Shown here: one piece after another, positions 10,140 to 20,331 of the stretch | Numbering within the stretch: position 1 is the stretch's first letter | Layout: the number at the start of each line of letters is the position of its first letter | Assembly (NCBI GenBank): GCA_965209035.1 | Contig: OZ242372.1 | Location: 1-64,000, forward strand | Direction of reading: 5' to 3' | Source: Gammaproteobacteria bacterium | GTDB lineage: Bacteria; Pseudomonadota; Gammaproteobacteria; CBDBNL01; JAAOII01 | DNA: 64,000 bases | The notes under the pieces: generated by a model | The model's input: only the letters and a program-made list of their open reading frames with translations | What the model was told of the DNA's origin: nothing | The model's database searches: none | Translations under genes and position numbers: made by a program

Positions 10140-11195
10140 TCAACGCGAATTTGGATTCACTGCCGGTTGCGTTTTCTCCATCCAACGCGAAAACAGTTCA
10201 CTTATCTGCTGCTTTCGTTGGTTAATGATTGAGGGATTAACGGATTGATAGGACAGATCCGGCGGACTACCCGGCTCGCCGCCGTCATAACCATTGAGAT
10301 ACTTTTCCAATCCCTTAAATCTCGGATCCTTGGCGTAATTGTTGTGTACGAAAACAACATCTGTCCCGAAAGCCCGGCAAGGCAAGGCACAATGCAAACG
10401 AGAAGTAATGACCAACTTTGCTTTTTTATACTTGTCCAACAGGCTCTGGGCATGTTTCAAATGCCTTATTAGGCCCTCCTTCTCTGGTATCGGTGCCCCT
10501 TGTGTAATAAATTGTCCTTGCTCAGATTCTGTTATTTTTGAAAGGTCGCGTATGGTATTTCGATCAAGTGGCGGAGTAACATCTACCAGGTAAGTTTGCT
10601 CGCCTTTCGACAACACCTCATCAAAAGCAAGCGTGAGACAACCTGAAAAATAAGCATCGATGCCATATTTGTGGCAAGTTTGCAAAGTACTAAGATCACG
10701 GCAGCCAATAGGTCCGTGTTTCTTAAAATAGTCGATATGATTACGGATAACTTCTTCCGTATTGACATGAAAACCAATAAAAAAAGGATGGATTTGTTTT
10801 GTCGGCTGGAACAAACGATAATGCGTCATATACCAACCGTTCATGACCAAATGAATAGGTTCCCCTTTGTATAGGAATGCCTTTTCTCTGTCTATAAAAA
10901 CAACCTCCTCGACTCCGAATTTTTTTAGCAAATGAATTGCCGCCAATGCTTGGATATCATCGCCATAATTGCCTCTTCCGGGAGCCCATATCACACCATA
11001 GCGTTTTTTGTTTTGAGATTTCACCGGTTTGGGTTTGGATGGCGGCTGCAATTCACTGCTGTGAATGTTATAGACACCGTCACCGTAATATTTGCCATGT
11101 ACAAGATCATCTTTGTATCTTTTTAGTGCGCGATACACTTTTGACGGTAATAATACCTTGGCAGTGCTAACTAATTGTCGATAGATCTTGTTCAT
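10140..11195 (-). CDS. Polysaccharide pyruvyl transferase family protein, copy 1
   Basis: NYGDDIQALAA, MNGW, IGCRDLST, AYFSGCLTL, LVITSRLHCALP motifs. Confidence 0.85.
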   Translation of the reverse strand: MNKIYRQLVSTAKVLLPSKVYRALKRYKDDLVHGKYYGDGVYNIHSSELQPPSKPKPVKSQNKKRYGVIWAPGRGNYGDDIQALAAIHLLKKFGVEEVVFIDREKAFLYKGEPIHLVMNGWYMTHYRLFQPTKQIHPFFIGFHVNTEEVIRNHIDYFKKHGPIGCRDLSTLQTCHKYGIDAYFSGCLTLAFDEVLSKGEQTYLVDVTPPLDRNTIRDLSKITESEQGQFITQGAPIPEKEGLIRHLKHAQSLLDKYKKAKLVITSRLHCALPCRAFGTDVVFVHNNYAKDPRFKGLEKYLNGYDGGEPGSPPDLSYQSVNPSIINQRKQQISELFSRWMEKTQPAVNPNSR

Positions 11196-11300
11196 TGGAT
11201 TTTTATCAATTTAAGTTGATTAATGATAGTTTATTTTCCCGTAGTGTGCGGTGATGATATTCCAGTATTGCCAAGTTTCACTATTGTTATTTTACGATGA

Positions 11301-12452
11301 TCACGGATTTGTATTCACAGCTGGTTTCGTTTTCTCCATCCAACGCGAAAACAGGTCATATATCCGCTGTTTCCGTTGGTTGATGAGTGCCCGGTTAACG
11401 GATTGATAGGACAGATCCGGCTGACTACCCGGCTCGCCGCCGTCATAACCATTGAGATACTTTTCCAGTCCCTTAAATCTCGGATCCTTGGCGTAATTGT
11501 TGTGTACGAAAACAACATCTGTCCCGAAAGCCTGGCAGGGCAAGGCGCAATGCAAACGAGAAGTAATGACCAACTTTGCTTTTTTATACTTGTCCAACAG
11601 ACATTCGACATATTTTAAATGCCTTGTTAGGTTCTCCTTCTTGGGTATCGGAGGTGCACCTTGTGTAATAAATTGTCCTTGCTCGGATGCCGTTATTTTT
11701 GAGAGGTCAAGTTCGAGCCTGGTATCCCGATTAAATGGCGGAACAACATCTACCAGGTAGGTTTGCTCGCTTTTTGGCCAGACTTCATCAAAAGTAAGCG
11801 TTAGACAACCTGAAAAATAAGCATCAATGCCATACTTTTGACACTTTTGCAAAGTACTAAGATCACGGCAGCCAATAGGTCCGTGTGTCTTAAAATAGTC
11901 GATGTTATCACGGATGACTTCTTCTGGAGTAACATGAAAACTGATAAAAAAAGGATGAATTTGTTTTGTCGGTGGAAAGTAACGATAATTGCTCATATAC
12001 CAACCGTTCATGACCACATGTACAGGTTCCCCTTTGTATAAGAATGCTTTTTCCCTGTCTATAAAAACGACCTCCTCAACTCCAAATTTTTTTAGCAAAT
12101 GAATTGCCGCCAATGCTTGGATATCATCGCCATAATTACTGCGACTCGGAGCCCATATAACACCATAGCGTTTTTTGTTTTGAGATTTTATCTGTTTGGG
12201 TTTGGACGGCGGTTGCAACTCACGGCTGCGGATGTTATAGACACCGTCACCGTAATATTTACCATTCGTAAGATAATATTCGTATCTTTTTAGCTCGCGA
12301 TACGCTTTTGGCGGTAATAGTACTTTGGCTGTCCTATCTAATTTCCTATATATAAGAACATGAGGATTTTTGTATCTTCTTAATGCACGATACACTTTTT
12401 GCGGTAATAATACCTTAGCAGTGTTAACTAATTGCGGATAGATTTTATTCAT
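11301..12452 (-). CDS. Polysaccharide pyruvyl transferase family protein, copy 2 (N-terminal segment duplicated)
   Basis: Same motifs; TAKVLLP.K.YR.L.RY occurs twice at the N-terminus. Confidence 0.85.
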   Translation of the reverse strand: MNKIYPQLVNTAKVLLPQKVYRALRRYKNPHVLIYRKLDRTAKVLLPPKAYRELKRYEYYLTNGKYYGDGVYNIRSRELQPPSKPKQIKSQNKKRYGVIWAPSRSNYGDDIQALAAIHLLKKFGVEEVVFIDREKAFLYKGEPVHVVMNGWYMSNYRYFPPTKQIHPFFISFHVTPEEVIRDNIDYFKTHGPIGCRDLSTLQKCQKYGIDAYFSGCLTLTFDEVWPKSEQTYLVDVVPPFNRDTRLELDLSKITASEQGQFITQGAPPIPKKENLTRHLKYVECLLDKYKKAKLVITSRLHCALPCQAFGTDVVFVHNNYAKDPRFKGLEKYLNGYDGGEPGSQPDLSYQSVNRALINQRKQRIYDLFSRWMEKTKPAVNTNP

Positions 12453-12590
12453 TGGATTTTTATCAATTTAAGTAAGTAACCAAGGCAATATTCTGCATGG
12501 CCTATGTAATTAATTATAATTTATTTTCCCAGAGTTTGTAGTGATGATATGCCGGTATTGCCAAGTTTCGCTATTGTTATTTTAAGATGA

Positions 12591-13655
12591 TCACGAATTT
12601 GCATTTATTGCCGGCTTTGTTTTCTCCATCCAATGCAAAAACAGGTCATTTATCTGCTGTTTTCGTTGGTTGATGATTGAGGGATTAACGGATTGATAGG
12701 ACAGATCCGGCGGACTACCCGGTTCGCCGCCGTCATAACCATTGAGATACTTTTCCAATCCTTTAAATCGCGGGTCCTTGGCGTAATTGTTATGTACAAA
12801 AACAACATCTGTCCCGAAAGCCCGGCAGGGCAAGGCACAATGTAAACGAGGAGTAATGACCAACTTTGCTTTTTTGTACTTGTCCAACAGACCTTCGGTA
12901 TGTTTCAAACGCCTTATCAGGTCCTCCTTTTTTGGTGTCGGCGCCACTTGTGTAATAACTTGTCCTTGTCCGGATTCCATTATTTTTGAGAGGTCCGGGT
13001 TGATGTTGAGTGTCGGATTCCAATCAAATGGCGGAGTAACATCTACCAAGTAAGTCTGTTCGCCTTTCGATAAAACTTCATCAAAAGTAAGCGTGAGACA
13101 ACCTGAAAAATAAGCATCCATACCATACTTGTGGCAAGTTTGCAAAGTGCTGAGATCACGGCAGCCGATAGGACCGTGTTTCTTAAAATAGTGGATGTTA
13201 TTACGGATGATTTCTTCCGTAGTAACATGAAAACCGACAAAAAAGGGGTGAATTTGATTTGTCGGCGGAAAATAACGATAATTAATAGTATACCAACCAT
13301 TCATGACTACATGCACAGGTTCTCCTTTGTATAAGAAGACCTTTTCTCTGTCTATAAAAACGACCTCCTTAACTCCAAATTTTTTGAGTAAATGAATTGC
13401 CGCCAATGTTTGGATATCATCGCCATAATTACCGCCCCTTGGGGCCCATATCACACCATAGCGTTTTTTATTTTGAGATTTCAGCGGCTTGGGTTTGGAG
13501 GGAGGCTGCAACTCATGACTGCGGATGTTATAGACACCGTCACCATAATAGTTGCCCTCCGCAAGATAATCTTTGCCTCTTTTTATTTCGCGATACACTT
13601 TTGGCGGTAATAATACTTTGGCTGTGCTAACTAATTGCAGATAGATCTTATTCAT
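12591..13655 (-). CDS. Polysaccharide pyruvyl transferase family protein, copy 3
   Basis: Same motifs, with ITPRLH in place of ITSRLH. Confidence 0.85.
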   Translation of the reverse strand: MNKIYLQLVSTAKVLLPPKVYREIKRGKDYLAEGNYYGDGVYNIRSHELQPPSKPKPLKSQNKKRYGVIWAPRGGNYGDDIQTLAAIHLLKKFGVKEVVFIDREKVFLYKGEPVHVVMNGWYTINYRYFPPTNQIHPFFVGFHVTTEEIIRNNIHYFKKHGPIGCRDLSTLQTCHKYGMDAYFSGCLTLTFDEVLSKGEQTYLVDVTPPFDWNPTLNINPDLSKIMESGQGQVITQVAPTPKKEDLIRRLKHTEGLLDKYKKAKLVITPRLHCALPCRAFGTDVVFVHNNYAKDPRFKGLEKYLNGYDGGEPGSPPDLSYQSVNPSIINQRKQQINDLFLHWMEKTKPAINANS

Positions 13656-13664
13656 TGGATTTTT

Positions 13665-13703
13665 ATCAATTTAAGTAATCAATTTAAGTAATCAATTTAA
13701 GTA
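13665..13703. repeat. 13-bp tandem repeat (atcaatttaagta) x3 just upstream of the 13655 start codon
   Basis: Read directly; the equivalent positions upstream of the other two copies have one unit. Confidence 0.85.
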
Positions 13704-13815
13704 GCCATGGCAATATCTTGCATGGCCTATGTGATTAATTATAGTTTATTTTCCCGTAGTATGCGGTGAAGATATTCGGGTATTGCCAAGTTTCACTAAT
13801 ATTATTTTGAGATGA

Positions 13816-13914
13816 ACACGGATTTGAATTGATTGCTGATTGCGTTTTCTCCATCCATCGCGCAAACAGGTCATATATCTGCTGTTTTCGTTGGTTGATC
13901 ACTGCCGGGTTAAC
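13816..13914 (-). pseudogene. 3' relic of a fourth pyruvyl transferase copy
   Basis: Translates VNPAVINQRKQQIYDLFARWMEKTQSAINSNPC with the stop TGA mutated to TGT. It is followed by the same intergenic unit as the other copies and is cut off at the leader of 13943. Confidence 0.85.
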
Positions 13915-13942
13915 GGGATAAGACTATAAAATAGATAGCGAA

Positions 13943-15109
13943 ATGACTAAAAAAACATACCTTTGTCATACTTTTAGATTAACCTCTTATTCTTATAAAG
14001 AGAGTTGGCATCGACTAAAAAAAGGCAAACTGGGATATTTGATTAAGAGCATCATGAAAAGAATCTTGAGAAAGAATCAATTCTTAAAGATCATTTTGTG
14101 GTATCCGCCAATATTTAGACATCAGCTGGTAATTTTTATGGACGGTCCCAAAGCAGGTATAGATCATATCACGCGTGATATGGTTGATCTGATTAAGGAA
14201 TCTATTGATCTAAATTCCATCGCGATTATTTTTCCGTTCAACATAAATTCACAGCATAATTTTGGCAAAGAATGCAATTCCGCACCGGATATCTGTTACA
14301 ATCTGTCAGATTCTTATTATGTAACACCGGCGGGAGAGAAGAAGAAAATAAGGTATATTCATGCCAAAGACTTTCTTAAAATGCGGAACTATTATCGGGT
14401 GTATTTTTTTCGCCAAGATGAAACAATTCACCCGGCAAAAGAAACCGGGAATATTATTAATGTCCGCTTACGCGATACTGAGATTGAGCATTTAAGAAAA
14501 CGATCGCAAAGCCGTAATATCCGACTTTATGAATATTATGACGGAACACAAATACACTTGCGTCTCGCCGATGCTCTTATAAAAAAAGCCAAATCGGTTT
14601 CGGCATCCCTTGGAAAATATTACCTGCTACGCGTCCGAATGCCATGGGATGGACATATTCCTTATAACAAAGAATTGTTGAAGAAAAAAATTATTGATTG
14701 GGAAATGGTGCATAGAAATAGGGCTGCTCAGGGCATAGGGAGGCGGCAGAAAGAAGCTATTGCGTTCGGGGATCGACAGTCTTACGATACTTTGCGAGAT
14801 TGGACCTACGGCGAGGGTCTGCGTGAACAATTGATAAAAATCTTTCCGGCGGGAAGTCATTTATATATCATGTCTAATCTTTGGAAGCCGTTTGATGAGG
14901 ATTATTTTGGTCCTTTGCGTAGTTTGTTTAAGGTTTATCGTTACTATGATTTTCCGGAACTTGCCCAATTAGCGGAGGGTGAGAAATGCAATACGGCACA
15001 GTTGAAATTAATTGAGGGGCAACTGCAAGATCTGAGTACGGATAATCTGGCTTTGGATTATATCAGACCGACTTGGACAATTCAAAATCTACGGGCTCGT
15101 TTTAGTTAA
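13943..15109 (+). CDS. O-fucosyltransferase-like protein, paralog 3 (full length, with an insertion of about 24 aa)
   Basis: Homologous to 1..1044 and 1132..1932; same leader tagatagcgaaATGact as 1132. Confidence 0.5.
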   Translation: MTKKTYLCHTFRLTSYSYKESWHRLKKGKLGYLIKSIMKRILRKNQFLKIILWYPPIFRHQLVIFMDGPKAGIDHITRDMVDLIKESIDLNSIAIIFPFNINSQHNFGKECNSAPDICYNLSDSYYVTPAGEKKKIRYIHAKDFLKMRNYYRVYFFRQDETIHPAKETGNIINVRLRDTEIEHLRKRSQSRNIRLYEYYDGTQIHLRLADALIKKAKSVSASLGKYYLLRVRMPWDGHIPYNKELLKKKIIDWEMVHRNRAAQGIGRRQKEAIAFGDRQSYDTLRDWTYGEGLREQLIKIFPAGSHLYIMSNLWKPFDEDYFGPLRSLFKVYRYYDFPELAQLAEGEKCNTAQLKLIEGQLQDLSTDNLALDYIRPTWTIQNLRARFS

Positions 15110-15334
15110 CGACGCAGCATGTCCGAGACCAATGCCGAACCAAATTCGGAGCACTCGAATCTTCAACATCTCGCAAAATGCAATATTGCATACTATAATC
15201 ATTAACTATGAGGAGATATGCAACTGGATTGAATATTGTTAGACAATCCGGTAATTGCTCATATAGTAAGAAGGCGTTAAAACAACTTCGGATTAAATTA
15301 AACAATATAAAAACTACTTAAAAAAATAACAACA

Positions 15335-16549
15335 ATGAAAAACATCAAACTTATATTTGCGGGTCTTCTTGCACTGTTTCTGACGGCAACGGTTAACGCC
15401 GAGGATGTCATCACCCTCGGTGCGGCTGTTTCGTTGACAGGCAAGTACACGACCAATGGCAAGCATACCAAAAACGGTTATGATCTTGCCGTTAAGCGCA
15501 TTAACGCAAAAGGCGGTGTGCGTGTCAAAGGGAAGGACTACAAACTGAAAGTCGTCTACTATGACGATGAGTCCACGCCGGCACGGGCGGCCCAACTTGC
15601 CGAGCGCTTAATTTCACAAGACAAGGTGAAGTTTATGCTTGGCCCATACAGCTCCGGGCTGACAAAAGCCATGGCACCTGTCACCGAAAAATACAAGATC
15701 CCCATGATTGAGGCAAACGGCGCATCGCGTTCTTTGTTCACAAAGGGCTATCAGTATTTGTTCGCACTCTTGACAACGGCGGATCAATATCTGACCGTGT
15801 CAGTAGACCTTCTTGCGGAGAAGGCCAAAAAGGAGGGGAAACAGATGAAAGACCTCAAGGTCGCAATGGCATTTGAAAACGATCCGTTTTCTTTGGATGT
15901 GCGTTTGGGTGTTGTGGAAGCCGTTGAAAGACACGGTATGAAGATTGTCATAGACGACAAACTGCCCAAAACACTGGATGACATGGCAACAACACTCGCG
16001 AAAGTCAAGAGCGTGAAGCCGGATCTTCTGGTAGTTTCCGGTCATTCCAAAGGCATCGCCACAGCCGCCCGACAAATAGAGCAGTTCCGTGCCAGGGTGC
16101 CGATGGTGGCGGCCACGCACTGCGATTCCGCCGCCATAGAACGCCAATCACCGAAAGGTGCGGAGTACATACTTTGCGCGCTGCAGTGGCAAAAGGATCT
16201 GACTTACAAGGATGACGATGGGGTCTTTGGCAACGGCAGGGACTTTGCCCGCTTGTTCAAAAGCGAATACGGATACGAGCCTCCCTATCAGGCGGCCGAA
16301 TCTGCGGCGGCTGTTCAGGTCTGGGCGGACGCCTTCAAACGGGCGCAGTCCTTGGATCCGAATGCTCTCAGAGATGCCATAGCGGCGACCCGATTGCAAA
16401 CCTTTTACGGCAATGTGCGTTTTGATGAAGCGGGGCGGAATATTGCCAAACCGATGGTTCTCGGTCAAATACTAAACAGCAAATACCAAGTCGTTGCCCC
16501 GACCGAATGGGCAAGCGCACAATTGGTATATCCGCGTCCCGCCTGGTAA
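15335..16549 (+). CDS. Branched-chain amino acid ABC transporter substrate-binding protein (LivK/LivJ family)
   Basis: Signal peptide; SLTGKY, INAKGG, DDESTP, LGPYSSG motifs; operon context. Confidence 0.9.
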   Translation: MKNIKLIFAGLLALFLTATVNAEDVITLGAAVSLTGKYTTNGKHTKNGYDLAVKRINAKGGVRVKGKDYKLKVVYYDDESTPARAAQLAERLISQDKVKFMLGPYSSGLTKAMAPVTEKYKIPMIEANGASRSLFTKGYQYLFALLTTADQYLTVSVDLLAEKAKKEGKQMKDLKVAMAFENDPFSLDVRLGVVEAVERHGMKIVIDDKLPKTLDDMATTLAKVKSVKPDLLVVSGHSKGIATAARQIEQFRARVPMVAATHCDSAAIERQSPKGAEYILCALQWQKDLTYKDDDGVFGNGRDFARLFKSEYGYEPPYQAAESAAAVQVWADAFKRAQSLDPNALRDAIAATRLQTFYGNVRFDEAGRNIAKPMVLGQILNSKYQVVAPTEWASAQLVYPRPAW

Positions 16550-16627
16550 GGATGGACGGCAAACGCTGCCGGTATTCGCTGAAATCTTTGTGACTCGGTA
16601 TCCGGACAGCACAAACCGGGGCCTGTT

Positions 16628-17527
16628 ATGGACGGTTTAATTCTGTTCGCAACGGCCCCGCCTTTATGGACGCAGGCCCTGATTAATGGCATCATTGTGG
16701 GTGCGTTGTTCGCACTCGCCGCCTATGGCATGGCTTTGGTGTGGGGTGTCATGAATATCATTAATGTGGCGCAAGGAGAATTCGTCATTCTGGGCGGATA
16801 TATCACTTATTCCGTGCATCAACTGGGATTCCCGCCTCTTACCGGCATACTGGTTGCACCGCTTCTGTTATTTGTTCTGGGCTGGCTGCTGTATCGGATG
16901 ATCATCTTCCGTGTGGTTGACCGAGATCTGTTTGTATCCTTGTTGGCAACTTTTGGCATTAGTATTGTCATTCAACAGGCTATGAACCTGGGATTTGGAC
17001 CGGATGTTCGGGTAGTGGACGCCAAACTCGGCACACTCTTTTTCTGGGATGACCGGGTAGTGGTTCCGTATATCCGGATTCTGGCGTTGTTCGTCGGCGC
17101 CTTGTTCGCCGTGTTGACTGTCTTGTTTATGCGCAAAAGTAGGATAGGGCGTGCGATTCGTGCAACCGCACAAAATGCGCGCGCGGCGCGCGTGCTGGGG
17201 ATAGATACGGATCATGTGTATGCGATCACCTATGGTATCAATGCGGCCCTTTGCGGCGCGGCCGGCGCTCTTGCTGTCATGACCTTTACCATTCATCCCT
17301 ACATCGGGTTACCTTATACGGTGCGCTCTTTCATGGTGGTGATTCTTGCCGGTTTGGGGAACCTGCCGGCCGTATTTGTCTCCGCCATAGGCATAGGCGT
17401 AGCCGAAGAGGTAGCCGATTATGTCCTTGGCACGGAATTCCGCTTGGCGTTTATATTCTCGCTTTTGGTTGTTATTTTGGTGTGGCGCAGCCGCATGATG
17501 GCGCGTAAACGCCAATACTTGAAATGA
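16628..17527 (+). CDS. livH: BCAA ABC transporter permease
   Basis: GMALVWGVMNIINVAQGEF and GRAIRATAQN..AARVLGID motifs. Confidence 0.88.
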   Translation: MDGLILFATAPPLWTQALINGIIVGALFALAAYGMALVWGVMNIINVAQGEFVILGGYITYSVHQLGFPPLTGILVAPLLLFVLGWLLYRMIIFRVVDRDLFVSLLATFGISIVIQQAMNLGFGPDVRVVDAKLGTLFFWDDRVVVPYIRILALFVGALFAVLTVLFMRKSRIGRAIRATAQNARAARVLGIDTDHVYAITYGINAALCGAAGALAVMTFTIHPYIGLPYTVRSFMVVILAGLGNLPAVFVSAIGIGVAEEVADYVLGTEFRLAFIFSLLVVILVWRSRMMARKRQYLK

Positions 17528-18543
17528 GCGGGCTCATCCGCTTCAATATCCCCGCCTTACTATTGGCGGGTTGTATCCTTCCGTTTATTTTTCCCGCTTA
17601 TGTTTCACAACTTTCTATTTTTTGGATTTTTGTCGTCCTTGCCTTGACATGGGACATGCAAGGAGGCCAGATGGGGTATAACTCTTTTGGTAATATCGTC
17701 TTTTTTGGCATCGGCATGTATGTCTGTGCTTCTTTTCAGGTGGGTATGTTTTTTGATATCTATGCCTGGAATGAATCCGGCGGTGAAAACACTTTTCTGC
17801 ATACGCCCGCCCAATATTTTCTTGGCATCGCAGCCGGCCTGCCGATGGCGGGTATTTTCGCGGTATGTGTTTCTTTATTGTTAGGGAGGTACATTCTTGC
17901 TTTGCGCGGGCATTATTTCGCGATCTGCACACTCGGCTTAGGTGTTGCCGCCGCCGAGATTGTGTCCGGTATGGAGGTTTTTGGCGCCGGTTCCGGCATG
18001 TCGGTGCCTGTGTGGCCGGACGAAGCGGGGGATCTTAAGACGCGCGGATTATTTTTTTATAGCCTCTGTTTGGCGGTTGCCATCCTTTGTCTTTTGTTCT
18101 TCCGCTTTGTTTACAGTCGACGAATTGGCTTGGCGTTGAATGCGATTCGCGATGACGAAGACAAAACCGAAGCAATGGGTATGCATACCACTTTCATTAA
18201 GAGCATTTCTTGGGCTCTGTCCGCATTCTTTCTGGGGATTGCCGGCGGCTTAATGGGCAATATTATCGGTTTCATTGATCCGACCGAAATTGCATTTGCC
18301 GGCGCAACTTACGGCGTATGGATGATTCTGATGGCAATACTCGGCGGTAAGGGAACTCTTTGGGGACCGGTTCTTGGCGCCTTGTTGTTTCACTTTTTTC
18401 AAGAATTCTTTTGGATATACTTCCTGGGTTGGCAAAGGATCGCGCTCGGGCTTCTCATCATTTTGATTGTTGTGTTCTTTCCGCAGGGTATTTTGGGCTG
18501 GGTGAAAGAGAATTTCGGGACAAGAGTCTCACATGAAAAATAA
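17524..18543 (+). CDS. livM: BCAA ABC transporter permease
   Basis: LRGHYFAICTLG, AIRDDE and ILGGKGTLWGPVLGA motifs. Confidence 0.88.
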   Translation: MSGLIRFNIPALLLAGCILPFIFPAYVSQLSIFWIFVVLALTWDMQGGQMGYNSFGNIVFFGIGMYVCASFQVGMFFDIYAWNESGGENTFLHTPAQYFLGIAAGLPMAGIFAVCVSLLLGRYILALRGHYFAICTLGLGVAAAEIVSGMEVFGAGSGMSVPVWPDEAGDLKTRGLFFYSLCLAVAILCLLFFRFVYSRRIGLALNAIRDDEDKTEAMGMHTTFIKSISWALSAFFLGIAGGLMGNIIGFIDPTEIAFAGATYGVWMILMAILGGKGTLWGPVLGALLFHFFQEFFWIYFLGWQRIALGLLIILIVVFFPQGILGWVKENFGTRVSHEK

Positions 18544-19273
18544 TGTTCTGCGCGTCCTTGGCGTTAATAAGAGTTTTGGCGGTGTTCGCGCCAACCGGGA
18601 TATTTCCATCAAGGTGCAAGAGGGCTCCATTACGGCACTCATAGGACCAAACGGTTCCGGCAAGACAACCTTGTTTAATTCTATTGTCGGTTACCATCCC
18701 ATAGATGCCGGCGAGATTTACTTTGAAGACCTGGAAATTTCCCAAATGCGAGCGGATGCCATTGCCCGACTCGGTTTGCTGAGAACCTTTCAACAGACAA
18801 GAATCTACGGCAAAATGAACTGTATGCAAAATATGCTGATCAGTCTGCCGGCACAAAAAACCTTTGGGCATTTATTTGCTTCTTTGGATAAAAGTGCCGA
18901 CGAAGAAGCAAAATCTCTTTTGGATTTTGTCGGGCTAACCGAAAAACGACATCTTAATGCGGGAGACCTGTCTTTCGGACAACAGAAACTTTTGGAATTG
19001 GCAATGGCATTAATGAATAAACCCAAAATGCTGTTGTTGGACGAACCGACCGGCGGGATTAACCCCACTCTCATCAACAACATCATCCGCAAACTTAAAG
19101 AAGTTAATCAAAATCTTGGCATCACCATGCTGGTGATTGAACACAACATGCGTGTGGTAATGGACATCGCGGACACCATTTACTGCTTGGCGAACGGCAA
19201 AATATTGGCACACGGCTCACCAAAAGAAGTGCGCGAGAATCCGCTGGTGATCGATGCTTACTTGGGCGGTTAA
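18533..19273 (+). CDS. livG: BCAA ABC transporter ATP-binding protein
   Basis: GPNGSGKTT, RTFQ, LSFGQQK, LLDEP, VIDAYLG motifs. Confidence 0.9.
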   Translation: MKNNVLRVLGVNKSFGGVRANRDISIKVQEGSITALIGPNGSGKTTLFNSIVGYHPIDAGEIYFEDLEISQMRADAIARLGLLRTFQQTRIYGKMNCMQNMLISLPAQKTFGHLFASLDKSADEEAKSLLDFVGLTEKRHLNAGDLSFGQQKLLELAMALMNKPKMLLLDEPTGGINPTLINNIIRKLKEVNQNLGITMLVIEHNMRVVMDIADTIYCLANGKILAHGSPKEVRENPLVIDAYLGG

Positions 19274-19351
19274 CCTCTTGCCAGCCGTTAAACAATACAC
19301 CTCCCTATGCATTTGACGGCCGATAAGGCAAACCGATAAAAAGAGAACAGC

Positions 19352-20179
19352 ATGACAGAACAGAATCGATCGGACGGTATTTCCGCAGGTACAAACCTCA
19401 GTTTGAAGGTTCTGCGCGAACTCTTGGATGGCCGGGAAGAACTATTGTTTATCGAATCTCTGCGCGCCGGTTACGGCAAAATTGAAATACTGCATGAAAT
19501 GAACTTAAGTGTCGGCAGGGGGCAGTCCCTGTGCTTGATCGGTCCCAACGGGGCGGGCAAGTCTACCGTTCTGCATTCCATCTACGGCTTGGCGGGAATT
19601 CGCGGCGGTCGGGTGATGCTCAATAGCCTCAATAACCTCAATAACCTCAATAATGGAGACATCACGCGCATGCCGGGAAGTGACAAGCTTTCCCGCGCAA
19701 GGTTGGCATATATCTTGCAAGACAGTTCGGTATTTCCGGGGATGACCTTGGAAGAAAATCTGTTAATGGGGGGCTACAAAATGAAAGATCGCGCGCTGCT
19801 GCGGCATAAAACCGAAGAAATTTTTAAAAAATATGACAGGTTGGCTGCCAGACGGAAGCAGCCAGCCGGGGTGCTTTCCGGCGGAGAACGGCGTCTTTTG
19901 GAAATCGCGCGCGCGCTGATCATGGACCCGGAAGTGTTATTGGTGGACGAGCCCTCCATCGGCTTGGAACCGCGCTACATCAATATGGTATTTGAGATTT
20001 TAAAAGATCTGCAACAGACGCAGGGCAAAACAATCATCATGGTGGAGCAGAACGCTAAGAAGGGATTGGAATTTGCGGATATCGGTTATGTCCTGGTGGC
20101 CGGAAAAGTGGCACTTGCCGGCAAGGGCGCGGACCTGTTGAAAAATCCGCAGGTCGGCAAACTGTTCCTTGGCGGTTAA
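19352..20179 (+). CDS. livF: BCAA ABC transporter ATP-binding protein
   Basis: GPNGAGKST, LSGGE, DEPSIGL, VEQNA motifs; contains an in-frame (NNL)n 9-bp repeat insertion near 19620. Confidence 0.9.
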   Translation: MTEQNRSDGISAGTNLSLKVLRELLDGREELLFIESLRAGYGKIEILHEMNLSVGRGQSLCLIGPNGAGKSTVLHSIYGLAGIRGGRVMLNSLNNLNNLNNGDITRMPGSDKLSRARLAYILQDSSVFPGMTLEENLLMGGYKMKDRALLRHKTEEIFKKYDRLAARRKQPAGVLSGGERRLLEIARALIMDPEVLLVDEPSIGLEPRYINMVFEILKDLQQTQGKTIIMVEQNAKKGLEFADIGYVLVAGKVALAGKGADLLKNPQVGKLFLGG

Positions 20180-20331
20180 TCGCCCGGTCTCACCCCGACA
20201 TCACCCAAGCATCATCCCGGCAGCCGGCTTATCCGGCTTGATTTGGTTTCTTTTCAAGGACTTCGGGTCGTTTCCCGTTACGCTTTCGTAGGAACGCTTT
20301 CGCAGGAACGCTTTCTTAGCACTTCCAATTC

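Noticed and set aside
4314-13655. Diversity-generating retroelement as the cause of paralog variation
   Set aside because: No reverse transcriptase in the window, and the differences between copies are not adenine-specific.
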